Translations under genes and position numbers: made by a program | Assembly: GCA_030068145.1 (NCBI GenBank) | Contig: JAPJBO010000148.1 | Location: 208,409 to 272,408, forward strand | Reading direction: 5' to 3' | DNA: 64,000 nucleotides | DNA from: Diplonema papillatum | Taxonomy: Eukaryota | Part shown: positions 22,165 to 33,701 of the stretch, one piece after another | Numbering within the stretch: position 1 is the first letter of the stretch | Layout of the letters: the number at the start of each line of letters is the position of its first letter | The notes under the pieces: model-generated | What the model saw: only the letters and a program-made list of their open reading frames with translations | The model's database searches: none | What the model was told of the DNA's origin: nothing

Positions 22165-24729
22165 GTCACCGCAGTCCCTGCGTCGCGACGTCGAGTCCCT
22201 GGTGATGAGACGCGGCTCGTCGTCCTGTTATTGATTTGTCATTGAATCCGGCGTGCAACACGGCGGAACGCGGGCGGTGCACGTAGTAGTAGTAGTGGTA
22301 GTAGTTTGAACTTGGTACGCAGCAACAATCTGTGTCGATAGACTGCACAAGCCGCTACAGACTACCTCTTAGCACGCGTCGTGTCATGCTTCGGTCGCTT
22401 CTTGCCCCGCGTACTGTTTGTCTCCGGTGCGCGCTCCACGTCCGAGGTGCAGTTTGATGACGAGGAATCACCAGATGATTCGGCGCACTTTATTTTCTTC
22501 CTCGCAAGTTGTTTCCGCGGCCGAGATGTCGACTCCTCTGTGGTCCCTGTCTTAGCCTGCTCGTCTTCGCGGCCCCGCTTCGGTTCGTTAGTAGTAGTTT
22601 CAGCTTAGTGTGAGTTTGATCAAAGTAACATCAAGGCAGCCCTTACAAAGACCAACCACAGTCAACGCCGCGTGGGTGCGGGCTTTGATATTAATCACCT
22701 TGTTGCAAACCCCCGATCGCGCGTTACCTGGGAGCACCCAGAGGGTGTCGAGGTGCAGTTGCCCGTATCCAACCCGGTCTGAGCGGCAGCTTCGAGGGTT
22801 GAGTTTGATCCGTAAAAGTAACATCAGAGCAGCCCTTTCAACGACCAGCCACAGCCGACGCACGCAACATGTTTCAAAACCCCCGATTGACGTTGCCTGG
22901 AAGCACCCAGAGGTGTCGGTGGTACGAAGGTGCAGTTGCCCGCATGCAATCAGCTTGCATCAGGGAGGTGACGCTACCCACCTGGACAAGGTGTCCTGCT
23001 GCCCCCGTAGTAGTAGTTTGAACTTGATGATCAGATATGCAGCAACAATCTGTGACGATAGACTGCACAAGCCGCTACAAACTACCTTAGTAGTAGTATG
23101 GGTTGTCTGCCGAAGCAGCCGGAGACAGCAGGCGCAGGGAGGTCTTGCTTTACTTTTCTCCTTCTTCATGGCATTTCGCGTGCATGAACGACAGCGTTTT
23201 TCACGAAACAGTATTTTAATTCTTTTCCCGCTGCCCCCTCTCTGCTTAACGATTATTTACCCCTGTTCCAAACTTCAGACACACCACCTGAGTAGTTTGG
23301 TGTCATGCACACCGCCACTGCCACGAAGAAGAAGCCTACTGATCACCACCCCTTCTGCTTCATTGTTCGCATCGCGAGCAGGGCGACGCTAAAGCCGACG
23401 GTGATCCGCCGTCCGCGCCGTCTGGAATGCTAAGCGCGTAACGAACCCGGATTCCAAAGGGATCGGAAAACAAAAGCTCCCGCCCACACGCACCGGTTTG
23501 CTTGTCTCTTTTTCCGTATACGCGTTCAGCGCGAGGTCAAGGGGGGACCTGGGCATTCCAGACACGCTGACACACCATAGAAGCCCCAAACCGGGGCTGA
23601 GCCCCGAAAGTCCCCTGGTTCCCAAGGTTCTCAAGGAAAAAATATCCTAGTTTCATGGCAGAATATTGCATCTCATGCCTGTTTGATGCTAGCACCAAGT
23701 CTTCTTCGAAAAAGATGCTAAATTGGAACCCGTATTGCGTAGTTCCTGTGTATAAGTCGATCTTTGAGTGCGTGAGCCCCTCCGAAGAAAGGTCCATCAC
23801 ACTTGCGTAGTTCCTGCGTATAAGTCGAACATTGAGTGCGTGAGCCCCTCCGAAGAAAGGTCCATCGCACTAGTTCCAGACTACTTAGCCCGGGTCTCTG
23901 GGTCGCGTCCCCCTCCTTCTTTTGGTCGCCTGGTCTTGCGTCTTGCTGGTCCGTCCGGGTGGATCGCTTCGCACTTCGTCTTGCATCACCTCGTCTCCAC
24001 TCCCTGCCGCACGGGCTTCTTCGGTTTTTATACTGCTCGTCTGCGCGTCGACTGCTCTGTGTACTCGTTGCCTTATCCGCGATTGCCGCTCCTCGTACCG
24101 ACCGCGCCTGCCTTTCCTGTTCCTGCCTTTCGCCTCTGTGGTCCGTCGGCCGCTCCGGCTCGGGCTGTGCTATCTGAATCTCCTCGTCTTCCTTCTTACG
24201 TTGCTGCGGCACTCCGTGCTGCCCGCGCCGCTTGCGGCGCGGGCCTCTTCAGAGTCGGTCGTCCTCGTGTGCGCTGCCCCGCCTTCTATCCTGGTTCGCG
24301 CCCTCTGCCTCCGGCGCGCCTCGTGACACATTCTTGCCCTGGGTGTTGTTCCTCTTCGAGCTCCTCCCTCCTCGACCTCCCTCCTCGACCATGTCCACAG
24401 GCCCCGGATGATGCAGTCGTCTCTTTTTGAAGGAAGGGTCGACCCTTGAAACGCTTCACGCGGGGACAGGGTTAACTATCCTGACTTCTTCGTGTAGTAG
24501 GGTGTCTTGTGGATGTGCATGGAAAAAACAGGGGATCTCATTCTCTTGCATCGGGCCGTACCGTTAACCGCAATAGGTCTCCTAGGCTGAAAGCCTCTGG
24601 CCGTCCCGCCTGACTCTCCTGTTCCACTAAGGTGACCCCTTCTGGGCCCGTCGCACCCTGCGTATGAGTCGATCTTGAGTGCGTGAGCCCCTCCGAAGAA
24701 AGGTCCATCACACTGCGCACGCCCGGGTT

Positions 24730-25165
24730 GCTGACGATAGTCTCAGCTATGAGTAGGGTACGGAAGTGGTGCGAAGTCATGGATGTGTCAGGCGGCGCCC
24801 TACGAAGCAGGAGAAAATACAAGGAACTGTGAGAGCGTGATGGACACCCACAACGTACCGAAGCTTCTGCACACTATGTTGACCACCAACATTTCCTACA
24901 CACCAGCCACCACCAACCAAGGCGGCTCGCGCAAGAAGGGATCGAGCTATTGGTAGTTGTCAAGTTAGGTGACACTGGTAGTGGTCGGATGTCAGTTGTC
25001 GAAGCGTCATAGCATGGCGGATGACCGACGCATTCTAGAGGAGTGTACGCGAGTGAGAAAGGCTCGCAACGAGCTCCACGGACTCGTTTTCTCCCTTTCT
25101 GCGCCTGTCAAGCCATCCTGCCTCGCTCCGGGTCCCCCAAAGAAGTCTGCGATAATGTGCGATAA
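24730..25165 (+). repeat. Truncated copy of the right-hand portion of the 48612-50097 TIR element
   Basis: ~90% identical to 49500-49960, including the start of the 'gcgataatgtgcgataatcgtgc' subterminal repeats. Confidence 0.6.
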
Positions 25166-27539
25166 TCGTGCACGGCAGGATGAGCGCCTTCCCGAACCAG
25201 CACCAGAAGAGTTTGGGATGAGGCGGGTTTGCCAAGTAGACAGTCACTCCGGTGATACTAATAGACTAAACCCAGCAGGGTCAAAGAATGTGGGTCTCAC
25301 CTTCCTCATTATTTTTCACCCCCCGCGGGGGCTGGTGGCGTGACGTCGTCCCAGCGGCGATCGTAGCTTGCCTCATGGCCGGCGTTCTTCCCAGAAGAAC
25401 GCCATCTTATTTCCATCCCTTTGGTTTGGAAACTTCTTCTGACCTGCGGCCAGTGGCGCAACACCCCCGGGGAGAAGGTGTGTGTTTGGGCGTTCACCTA
25501 GTTGGGAGAATAAGACCAAGCGAGAAAAGACTGCGTGTTTTTTTCTCACCGAGCAACAATGCTTGCCGGCCTCCAGCTTCTGAAGATGGACTTCACCGTG
25601 GACCTTTCACCACGATCAAAGCAAAAGAGGGATCATACCGAGGAGGAAACACGTCGTTTGCGGTCTGCCCCATCGTCTGGTGAAGAGCGACGAGCAACCG
25701 CTTTCTTGGCAGGCTTCGATTTCTAGCGTTATTTGTGTGATTAGAAGGTCGGTGTTTTAAAAGTCTCCGGTTGGCCGTAGAGGCTTGTGCAGGGAGAGGA
25801 GGAGGGTCGAAGGAGTTGAAAAATAAGAACTTTGAGAAATTTCTCGCGGCTGCCCCTCGAAATACCCTCTTTCAGGCCCTCACTCCCTCGCCATTTTTTC
25901 TCGTGTCAAACTGCCTGTTCTGGCCCTCCGTTTGAAAAAAGGTTAACAAGATTTTGTGCAACACAGCACTACACACGCATGTCTGCAGTTGACGAGAGGC
26001 CTCCTCACCCCCTTGCACGCATAAACAAACCTCGCGCTTGTTATTTTTGTTAACTTGGTTGTCGCGCCCGATATTGGTTCCGAATCCCGGGTGGACATAA
26101 TCCCTGCTTTTCCTTTCACACGGTGGTGTCCAGCCTCAGAAGCTGGAGCGACATAAAACGGGAGCTGGCGCTTCTTGAGCATGCAAAGCAGCAATTCTGT
26201 GAGAGCCAACTGGAAAAATACCCAGCGATGACCTTCGGAAAAAGGGGCAGGTCTGTTGCTGCCGCGTTTAGGGGGTGTTTGAGGTTGGGTAGGGTGTTTC
26301 TGCTACGGCGTGAAAAGCCAGGAAGTTTCTGAGTAAAAACTACGCTTGAAACGGGAAATCGATCGAGAAGCGCAAGCAACGTCGGGAGAGCTCCCAACAG
26401 ACCAGAGGGACGCCACAGGACCGAGCCCGGTCGGCCCGAAAAGCTGACGAGCGACGTAAAAATGTGAGCACACCGCTTTGCTGGACCGCTCTTCTTCTTT
26501 TTCTTCTTTCTCTCCCGGAAAGGCTTCCTGCGCGTTGTAATATGATGTAGAGACTCTCCGATACAAGCTTGAATGGGACAAGTGGGCTGTGCGCTCAAAG
26601 ATGAGTTGGCCGCAAGTGACATAAACTTTGAGCACACTATTTCTTTGACGTCTGATTCACACAAAATCTCGTCCTGTTTTCGTATTGCGTTGTGACATGA
26701 TGGGCTGTAGACTCTCCGATACAAGCTTGAATGGGACAAGTCGGCACTGTGCTTGATGATGAGTGCGATCACCTTCCACATGGGGTGAGTCTGGTTTGTC
26801 GGGAGTCTGTTCGCAGCTCGTCGCAGAGGGAGCTTAATGTTTAGACAGCACACTGTCTCGCATGCATGTTTGATGCATGGTCTTCCACGGGTGGCCCTAG
26901 CAAGATTCATAGATCTGCCCGCCGCGGAGTTCACGTCTGCGTCTTCGGTGATGGCGAGTCCTTGTTGTGGGTCAACTTTTCTGAAAGGACTGAGCTTTAG
27001 AAGCCTTGATTTGGGTCAACTTTTCTGAGGGGACTGACCCTTTAGAAGCCTTGATGTGGGTCAACTTTTCTGACGGGACTGAAGGGACTGACTCTCAATT
27101 TGCTCTCAATTTGCTCTCAATTTGTCAATCCTTGAGATCGTCCTGACCTAGTAAAATTCCCCGTGTTGAGTCAAATGAAGCCGCATACTCCACGCCTCGT
27201 GGTGTCATTCCGGCAATTCCTTTTTAAGGTTCAGCCTTGCGAATGTACTCCCGGGTCGAATGGTGGCGTCGGCTGTCTCTTCACCGGCGCTCGCAGCTTT
27301 CAGCGGCCACGCTACGATGACAGGATGAAAGTCAAGCAGCAGTGCTGCTGTGTACCCGCTTCGCTGGTCATGGCTTACCAGCATATCATGTCATGTGCTT
27401 GTTCCAAGGATTAAGCCATGCAAGTCTCACGAAATCGGTGACAATCAACACGGGGAAGGTGCCTTTTGGGCACTCTTGGCGTCGTCACACCCGTCCGAAA
27501 GAAGGAAGTTCTGGACGTAGCCTCGAACCGAAAAGGGGG

Positions 27540-28835
27540 GGTGCAGAAAAAGTGAAAAGTATTCTTTTCTGGCATCAGCCCCGCCAGCTTCTGCAGTTCC
27601 TTTCGGGACTTTTCAAAATATCTTCAGTCTAAAAAAGACGGACGCTTTGTTCGTTGCGCACTTCCGTCAACCCTGCTTTGTTCACCCAACGGGAGTGAGG
27701 ATAGTAAGCTGTCATCGATCGGTTTTTGTTCTTGCCTAATTGCTTAGCTTGACACAAAAAAAAGGCCAAGACACCCAAAAAACGAGAGACCGTCTAAAGA
27801 ACACTTCAAACACATAGTGGGAAGCTTACCCTTTGGCCCCAGGCGCTATGCATAAATGGCAGACCTGAATTTCCATGGAGCGTGATGCGCCTCCGAACAA
27901 GTCAAAGCACTCATTCATCTGTAGATCATCTGATTCCTCCTCCTCCTGTGCGTTGGGGTTCTCAGTCTTCCTCTCTGGCCTCAGTCTCGCCAGCTTCTGC
28001 ATTCCTTTCGGGTCTGTTCAAGAACCATTCAGTCTAAAACAGACGAGCAAACTTTGTTTGTTGCGCACTTCCTTCATCCCTGTTTTGTTCATCTGACGGG
28101 AGTGAGGATAGTAAGCTGCCATCGAAATTGCATTTGGTAGACAACCCCAAGCCAAAGACATCCAAAAAAGAGAGATAATATCTGAAGAAGAACCCTTTAA
28201 ACACACAGTGGGGAACCTCCCAGGACCTTTGGGCCCCAGGCGCTATGTAAATGGCAGACCTGAATTTCCATGGAGCGTGATACGCCCAAGCACTCATTCA
28301 TCTGTGGATCATCTGCTTCCTCCTCGTCCTGTGCGTTGGGGTTCTGTCTTCCTCTCTGGCCTCAGTCTCGCCAGCTTCTGCATTCCTTTCGGGTCTTTTC
28401 AAGAACCTTTCAGTCTAAAACAGCCGAGCAAACTTTGATTGTTGCGCACTTCCTTCAACCCTGTTTTGTTCATCTGACGGGAGTGAGGATAGTAAGCTGC
28501 CATCGTTCGGCTTTTGCTCTTACGGCAAATTGCATTTGGTAGACAACCCCAAGGCAAAGACATCCAAAAAAGAGAGATAACATCTGAAGAAGAACCCTTT
28601 AAAGACACAGTGGGGAACCTCCCAGGACCTTTGGGCCCCGGGCGCTATGCATAAATGGCAGACCTGAATTTCCATGGAGCGTGATGCGCCTCCGAACAAG
28701 TCAAAGCACTCATTCGTCTGTGGATCATCTGATTCCTCCTCCTCCTGTGCGTTGGGTTTCTCAGTCTTCCTCTCTGGCCTCAGTCTCGCCAGCTTCTGCA
28801 TTCCTTTCGAGTCTTTTCAAGAACCATTCAGTTCG
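27540..28835 (+). repeat. Tandem array of ~3.3 copies of a ~395-bp unit
   Basis: Units begin at ~27843, 28239 and 28640 with 'ggcgctatg(c)ataaatggcagacctgaatttccatggagcgtgat…'; a partial unit lies at 27540-27840. Confidence 0.8.
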
Positions 28836-29060
28836 GGTGAAGCAAAGTTCGGGCGAAGCTAAGCTAAGTTCGGGCGAAGCAAAGTTCGGGCGAAGCTAAG
28901 TTCTGGGTGAAGAAAAGTTCGGGCGACAAAGTTCGCACGAAGCTGAGTTTTGGTGAAGCAAGTTCGAAGCAAAGTTCGGCGAAGCTAAGTTCTGGTGAAG
29001 CAAAGTTCGGGTTCTGGTGATGCTGAGTTCGACGTGTGGTAGCAAGTTAAGTTTGGCCTG
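28831..29060 (+). repeat. 17-18-bp satellite (AAGTTCGGGCGAAGCWA)n forming the 3' tail of the SINE-like element at 29060-29400
   Basis: Visible periodicity. The reverse-complement array at 53612-54120 lies in the same position relative to another SINE-like copy. Confidence 0.75.
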
Positions 29061-29400
29061 TGATTGCAAGTTCGGCGCCAGTTCCCGGGGGGGCGACCCC
29101 CCGAACCTCCCCCGACTCCGTTTCCCGGGGTGACCCATATACCCGGGATTATGCCGCGAGAAACTGAGACACTCCGCAATTTCGGGCACATCAGACCCCG
29201 GAAAGCAACAAACCTCGAAAACAATCTTCGGCCAGAAAAGTGTGATGGGCGGGGTTCGAACCCGGGCCTACCGGCCTGAAGGCCGACACCCGCTCACTCT
29301 GCCACCCCTATGCTTTTGGGCAGGGGGAAAAAAAGTTAGCTCCGCACTAGTATTTAGTCCAAAAACAATGCACTTCTTCACTGAAGAAATGTGAAAACGG
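29060..29400 (-). mobile_element. SINE-like element with a tRNA-related head (GCATAGGGGGTGGCAGAGTGAGCGGGTGTCGGCCTTCAGGCCGGTAGGCCCGGGTTCGAACCCCGCCCATCA on the minus strand)
   Basis: The head has tRNA-like D- and T-arm sequences, but the acceptor stem is not complementary. Homologous to 9790-10190 and to the head at 53440-53500. Confidence 0.55.
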
Positions 29401-29559
29401 GTTTTTGCCTAGAGGCTTTTCGTGTTATTCTGCAAATGCTTGGAGCTATCTTTGTGTCGTGTCTGTGCTTTCAGTCGTCTTCTTAACCATGGTTAAGTGG
29501 GCAAATGGTGTCAGCCGAAGCTGGTAAAGCTTCGGCGCCGCCCACGTTATGTTTGTTTA

Positions 29560-31692
29560 GCATTGAGTTCTTTTAAGTACATGAACCACATGGATTAGCA
29601 TGCACTGCCTTGAAAGTCAGGTTATCGGATGACGTCGTCACCTGCCATTGCGTCGTCAAGGTCGAGCATTTGTGGAGCTAGCGGGGTTTGGCTTTCTTGC
29701 GATTCCAGAGACTGAGTCGGCGAGTACGAGGGCGGGCACGTGTGTCCGTTTTTCACTTTCGAGGGCATTGGTGTGCCCGTGGTCCCCGGTCGTTTCTGAG
29801 AGCTGCTTGCCCTCGGTACCTTCTTCTTCCTTCGATGCACCCCTGAGTCGGGGGTGGTCGCCTTCGTCTTCTTCCGCTTGCGGCCGGCGATCGGGCCTTC
29901 CTTCGGGGTGCCGAGCACCCTCTTCTTCAGCGCTGGTCGTTCGCTGGTTCCTGGCGTTGGTGGCGGCCTCTTGGTCGCCCGTCCGGTCGTCGCCGTCTCC
30001 TTTTTCGTTGCCGCGAGCGGCGCTCGCGCCGCTCGCTTTCCTACTGGCGTTTCCCGTTGTACACCCACCTGGGTGGGTGAGGAGGGCCTCTTCTTCTTGT
30101 TGCGTCCGGGGGTTGACTGGACGTTCGGCTTGTTGGACTGGTGGTGGCCGCGGCTGCAACATGCCGCCGGTCGCCTCTGCGTCAGCGTAGGGAGCCTTTT
30201 GCACTCTTGGCAGGTTCCTCTGCCATGCGTGCGGCAGGCATGATGCCCGCTGCGGCAACACGCCGCCGCCGTCTTGCACTCGCCGCACTTCGTCGTGCTG
30301 TGCTCTGTGCACACCGCGATCGGCTGCCCATCGTTCGCGTGGTGATGGTGCCGGCAGCACATCTCTACCGTGGGAACGTCCCTTCGGACGAGTGCTCTGC
30401 ACGCCTCACACTTCCCTTTGTGATGGGTCGCGCACGTGACGAGTGCCTTCTCTATACCGACACCCGGCATATGCACGGGGTCTGGGTGCAGTTGTGGTGG
30501 GGCAGGCAGGGCCCACCTCGCCGCTCTCCCGATCGTCCAGTCAGGGTACGTCGGGCACTGCGTCCCTACATCGCTTCCTTTCACTTGTTCCTCAAGTATC
30601 GTCCCCGTGTGTGCCTCGCGAAAGCGTGGCCTGGGCCGTATACCCGATATCCCCGTGATGCCCATGAACGACAGCGACGTCGTCGGGCACACCCTCTCTC
30701 CTCTCATGCAGCTTCCCAGCCCTTGCTGTGCCGCCAGCTTGTCCAACGCGCTCATCATGCAGCGCAGGACGTTTCCCCGTTCTCTCACCCCCTTCGGCGC
30801 ATTCCCGTGCAGCGGCATGCTGAGGCCCGAGAAGAGTTCAAAGTCGATCGCAAGCTCCAGCATTGACGCCTGCCCGTTCTCGGTCCATTGCATGTCCGAC
30901 AGCCACGCTACCAACGCATAAAACGTCGGTAGTCCCCAGGTCTTGTTCCGCTCCCACGTCCATGCCGGGGCAATCCGCGCGAAGGGGTGGTCAAATTTCT
31001 CGGCAGGCATCGCATTCGCTCTCGACCAGGGGGTCGTGGGGTTCCTGGCCACCCAGCCACGTGCTTCGAGCCCAGCCCGTTCCGCAAGGATTTCAGCCAT
31101 CATCTCCTGGAGCCGCCTCGAGAATTGGGCATTCTCGGGTACTACCACACCGTGTTCCAGCGTGCATCTGGGCCAGTCGGCCCGGTTGGCTGCCATCAGC
31201 TCGGCATGTGCCTCTCGTCGCCGTACGTGCGAGTACGCTCCGCAGTCCCAGAATACGTGTTTCTCGTCCTCGGTGTCGCCGCTTCCACAGTGCTTGCAGC
31301 TGGGCGCCTGCGGCTCAGCTCCGGCCTGCCTCATCCGCGACGTGTACTCAGCCGTGTTCACCCCCCCCGCCAACGCTACACGTATAAGGATTAACATGCA
31401 CTGCCTCGATAGCCAGGTTATCGGATGACGTCGTCACCTGCCATCGCGTCGTCAAGGTCGAGCATTTGTGGCGCTAGCGGGATTTGGCTTTCTTGCGATT
31501 CCAAAGACTGAGTCGGCGAGTACGAGGGCGGGCAGGAGTGCCTGTTTTCCACTTTCGAGGGCATTGGTGTGCCCGTGGTTCCCGGTCGTTTCGGAGAGCT
31601 GCTTGCCCTCGGAACCTTCTTCTTCCTTCGATGCACCCCGTTAAGCATTGAGTTCTTTTAAGTACATGAACCACATGGATTAGCATGCACTG
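29560..31692 (-). mobile_element. LTR-like direct-repeat element carrying a single 591-aa ORF; the repeats (X ~52 bp + R ~240 bp) include the ORF's last 75 codons
   Basis: Left repeat is 29560-29851; right repeat is 31385-31640 (5'-truncated X + R), followed by a third X (31641-31692). The R copies are ~97% identical and each encodes '…SLESQESQ(T/I)PLAPQMLDLDDAMAGDDVIR*'. Confidence 0.55.
29622..31397 (-). CDS. Cys/His-rich protein with an N-terminal zf-RVT-like motif (CKHCGSGDTEDEKHVFWDC) and three tandem CxxHxxxxCxxC…CCRxxHH units; basic Lys/Arg/Pro-rich C-terminus
   Basis: A 591-aa ORF. The opposite strand gives only low-complexity ORFs. The C-terminal peptide is conserved, with synonymous substitutions, in the solo repeat at 4996-5050. 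Confidence 0.5.
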   Translation of the reverse strand: MLILIRVALAGGVNTAEYTSRMRQAGAEPQAPSCKHCGSGDTEDEKHVFWDCGAYSHVRRREAHAELMAANRADWPRCTLEHGVVVPENAQFSRRLQEMMAEILAERAGLEARGWVARNPTTPWSRANAMPAEKFDHPFARIAPAWTWERNKTWGLPTFYALVAWLSDMQWTENGQASMLELAIDFELFSGLSMPLHGNAPKGVRERGNVLRCMMSALDKLAAQQGLGSCMRGERVCPTTSLSFMGITGISGIRPRPRFREAHTGTILEEQVKGSDVGTQCPTYPDWTIGRAARWALPAPPQLHPDPVHMPGVGIEKALVTCATHHKGKCEACRALVRRDVPTVEMCCRHHHHANDGQPIAVCTEHSTTKCGECKTAAACCRSGHHACRTHGRGTCQECKRLPTLTQRRPAACCSRGHHQSNKPNVQSTPGRNKKKRPSSPTQVGVQRETPVGKRAARAPLAATKKETATTGRATKRPPPTPGTSERPALKKRVLGTPKEGPIAGRKRKKTKATTPDSGVHRRKKKVPRASSSQKRPGTTGTPMPSKVKNGHTCPPSYSPTQSLESQESQTPLAPQMLDLDDAMAGDDVIR

Positions 31693-33273
31693 CGGCTGCC
31701 AAACATCCCATGGCACCGCGCAAGGTAGTAAAACGCTCTTTTGTATTTTGTGTTGTTGAAAAGCGGGGTTGGCTCGAATAGAGGCTATTCACATTGCATG
31801 TTCGTAGGACCTCCAGTCTCGAAATACTTCCTGTCCAGGCTCTTGGACAGGCACTCGACCTTTTTGGGGACAGGGAACTAGCTACTCTAGGGGGTGCCCC
31901 GACCACCCACCACAGAGACAGATGCTAATTATGCCTGCGCCGCAGGCGCGGAAATTTTTGAACAGTCACACAAAAGCAAATGCTTGTTTCCGATAGAGGA
32001 GGATGTTCTTACGTTATTTGTGGATTAGAAGGTCGGTATTTTAAAGTCTCCGGTTGACCGTAGAGGCGGGGGGTTGAGAAAAGTGAGAGGGTGCAGCTCG
32101 TTTCGGGTGTTGTGTCACTCCGTTGTGAAACCTTGTGAAGCCCCCTAACGCGTTTAGGGGGTGCTTGGGATTGGGTAGGGTGTGGTCGTTCTAAAAGCCA
32201 GGAAGTTTCGACGCTAATCTTCGACTCTTGATTAGGTTCACCGGGTTGCGTGCTCGTCAGGAAGATCCCGGTGCCTGGCTTTTCTTCTGGGTGGTGTCGT
32301 GTTGCTCGGCGGCTGTGTGTTACGAGGCATGGATTAGGGGATGAAAAAAGGAAAAAGAAATGGGGGAGAAAAAGAAGGGGGGAGAGGGAAGTTGGGGTTT
32401 TGAGGGTTGCCCTCGGGGTACAGGGGGGGGGAGTGGTTGGAGGGGTTGTGTGACAGAGGTCACGCTTGCGCTGTTCGCATGAAGGCTCGTTGGCTCGAAG
32501 AAGTGGAAGTAGCGTAGGTTATTGTTCGGTGTTACTCTTACAGTTGTAAGATGAGATAAAAAAAATTATTTTAGAAAACCCTTATTTGACTGTTTGTTGT
32601 CCTCCACAGTCGGGGTTCTCTAGCTGCACGAGGCAGCCGTGGATGATGAAATAAAGTTCCTCGCTTACTTTGCTCATTATTTTTCGTAGCCTTGAGCGTG
32701 TGCGATACCGCTGGGTTTCTCTTGCATTTTGAGATATGGTGGCGTAGACTTTTGAAGCGTTTATGGACGAATTAATTTATTTTAGGCGACTTTTGGCGAA
32801 TCCATAAATTAGAATTAGGAAGCGGGGTGTACCGGGAACATTTCCGAAGTTGTGATAAACGAAGCAACGGACGGTCAGCATCAACTGACCAAAGGTGATG
32901 AAAATGATAAGGCAAAAGTTTCTTCTTTGTTCTTCGCGTGTACAGGGTATAAACCTCTCTGGGGGGGGGGTTTTCCTGTATTAGCACTTTTTCGTTGGCT
33001 TCGTTTTCTCTTTCATGTGCAACCGTTGTTCCGGAAATGTTCCCGTCAGTACAGATGTACTTAAAACAATACATCCTCCTCCTACTGCGTATACTGGATC
33101 CGTCTGCTGCTTCGCGCGGGTGATGCATAAATCTAAAGTGTGTTTGTCACAATCGTCGTGACGCCTCAGGACACGGCTTCAGAAAAAAGGGGGACAAGGG
33201 TGGGTGGGCAAGCGAGGGGTGAAGTTACGATGTTTTCGGGATAGCGACGGGGCTATTCAACATGTAACGAGTG

Positions 33274-33651
33274 TTAGGTATTCGTCGGATACATTAATCT
33301 TCTAAGATCTGCGATCTTATACGACAAAAAAAAAAAACACCCTGTGAGTGTTCGGTTACATACGGGAGGAAAATGCCGACGTTCTCCAGTCTCCCGCTGC
33401 TCGCGCTCCTGCTTGGTCGGCGGCGCGCCGCGACCGGACCCGCGGCTGGAACTCTTGGCGGATTTGCGCTTCAACGCGGGTTTGCTCGTGAACGCCGACG
33501 GCGCCGCCGGCGGCGGCGGCGGCGGCGGCGACGACGGCTGTTCTCGAGCGCTCCGCCGCTCGCGCTCCTGTTCGGTCGGCGGCACGCCGCGGCCGGACCC
33601 GCGGCTGGAACTCTTGGCGGATTTGCGCTTCAACGCGGGTTTGCTCGCGAA

Positions 33652-33701
<50 letters not shown>

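Noticed and set aside
22600-22930. 'AGTTTGATC' motif resembling the 5' end of SSU rRNA
   Set aside because: Only a 9-bp coincidence inside a locally duplicated segment. There is no further rRNA similarity.
26116-26934. 272-aa minus-strand ORF
   Set aside because: It contains a local duplication (26540-26600 / 26705-26765, 'SHSSLYRRV' twice) and a poly-Lys run from an A/T homopolymer. The composition is not protein-like.
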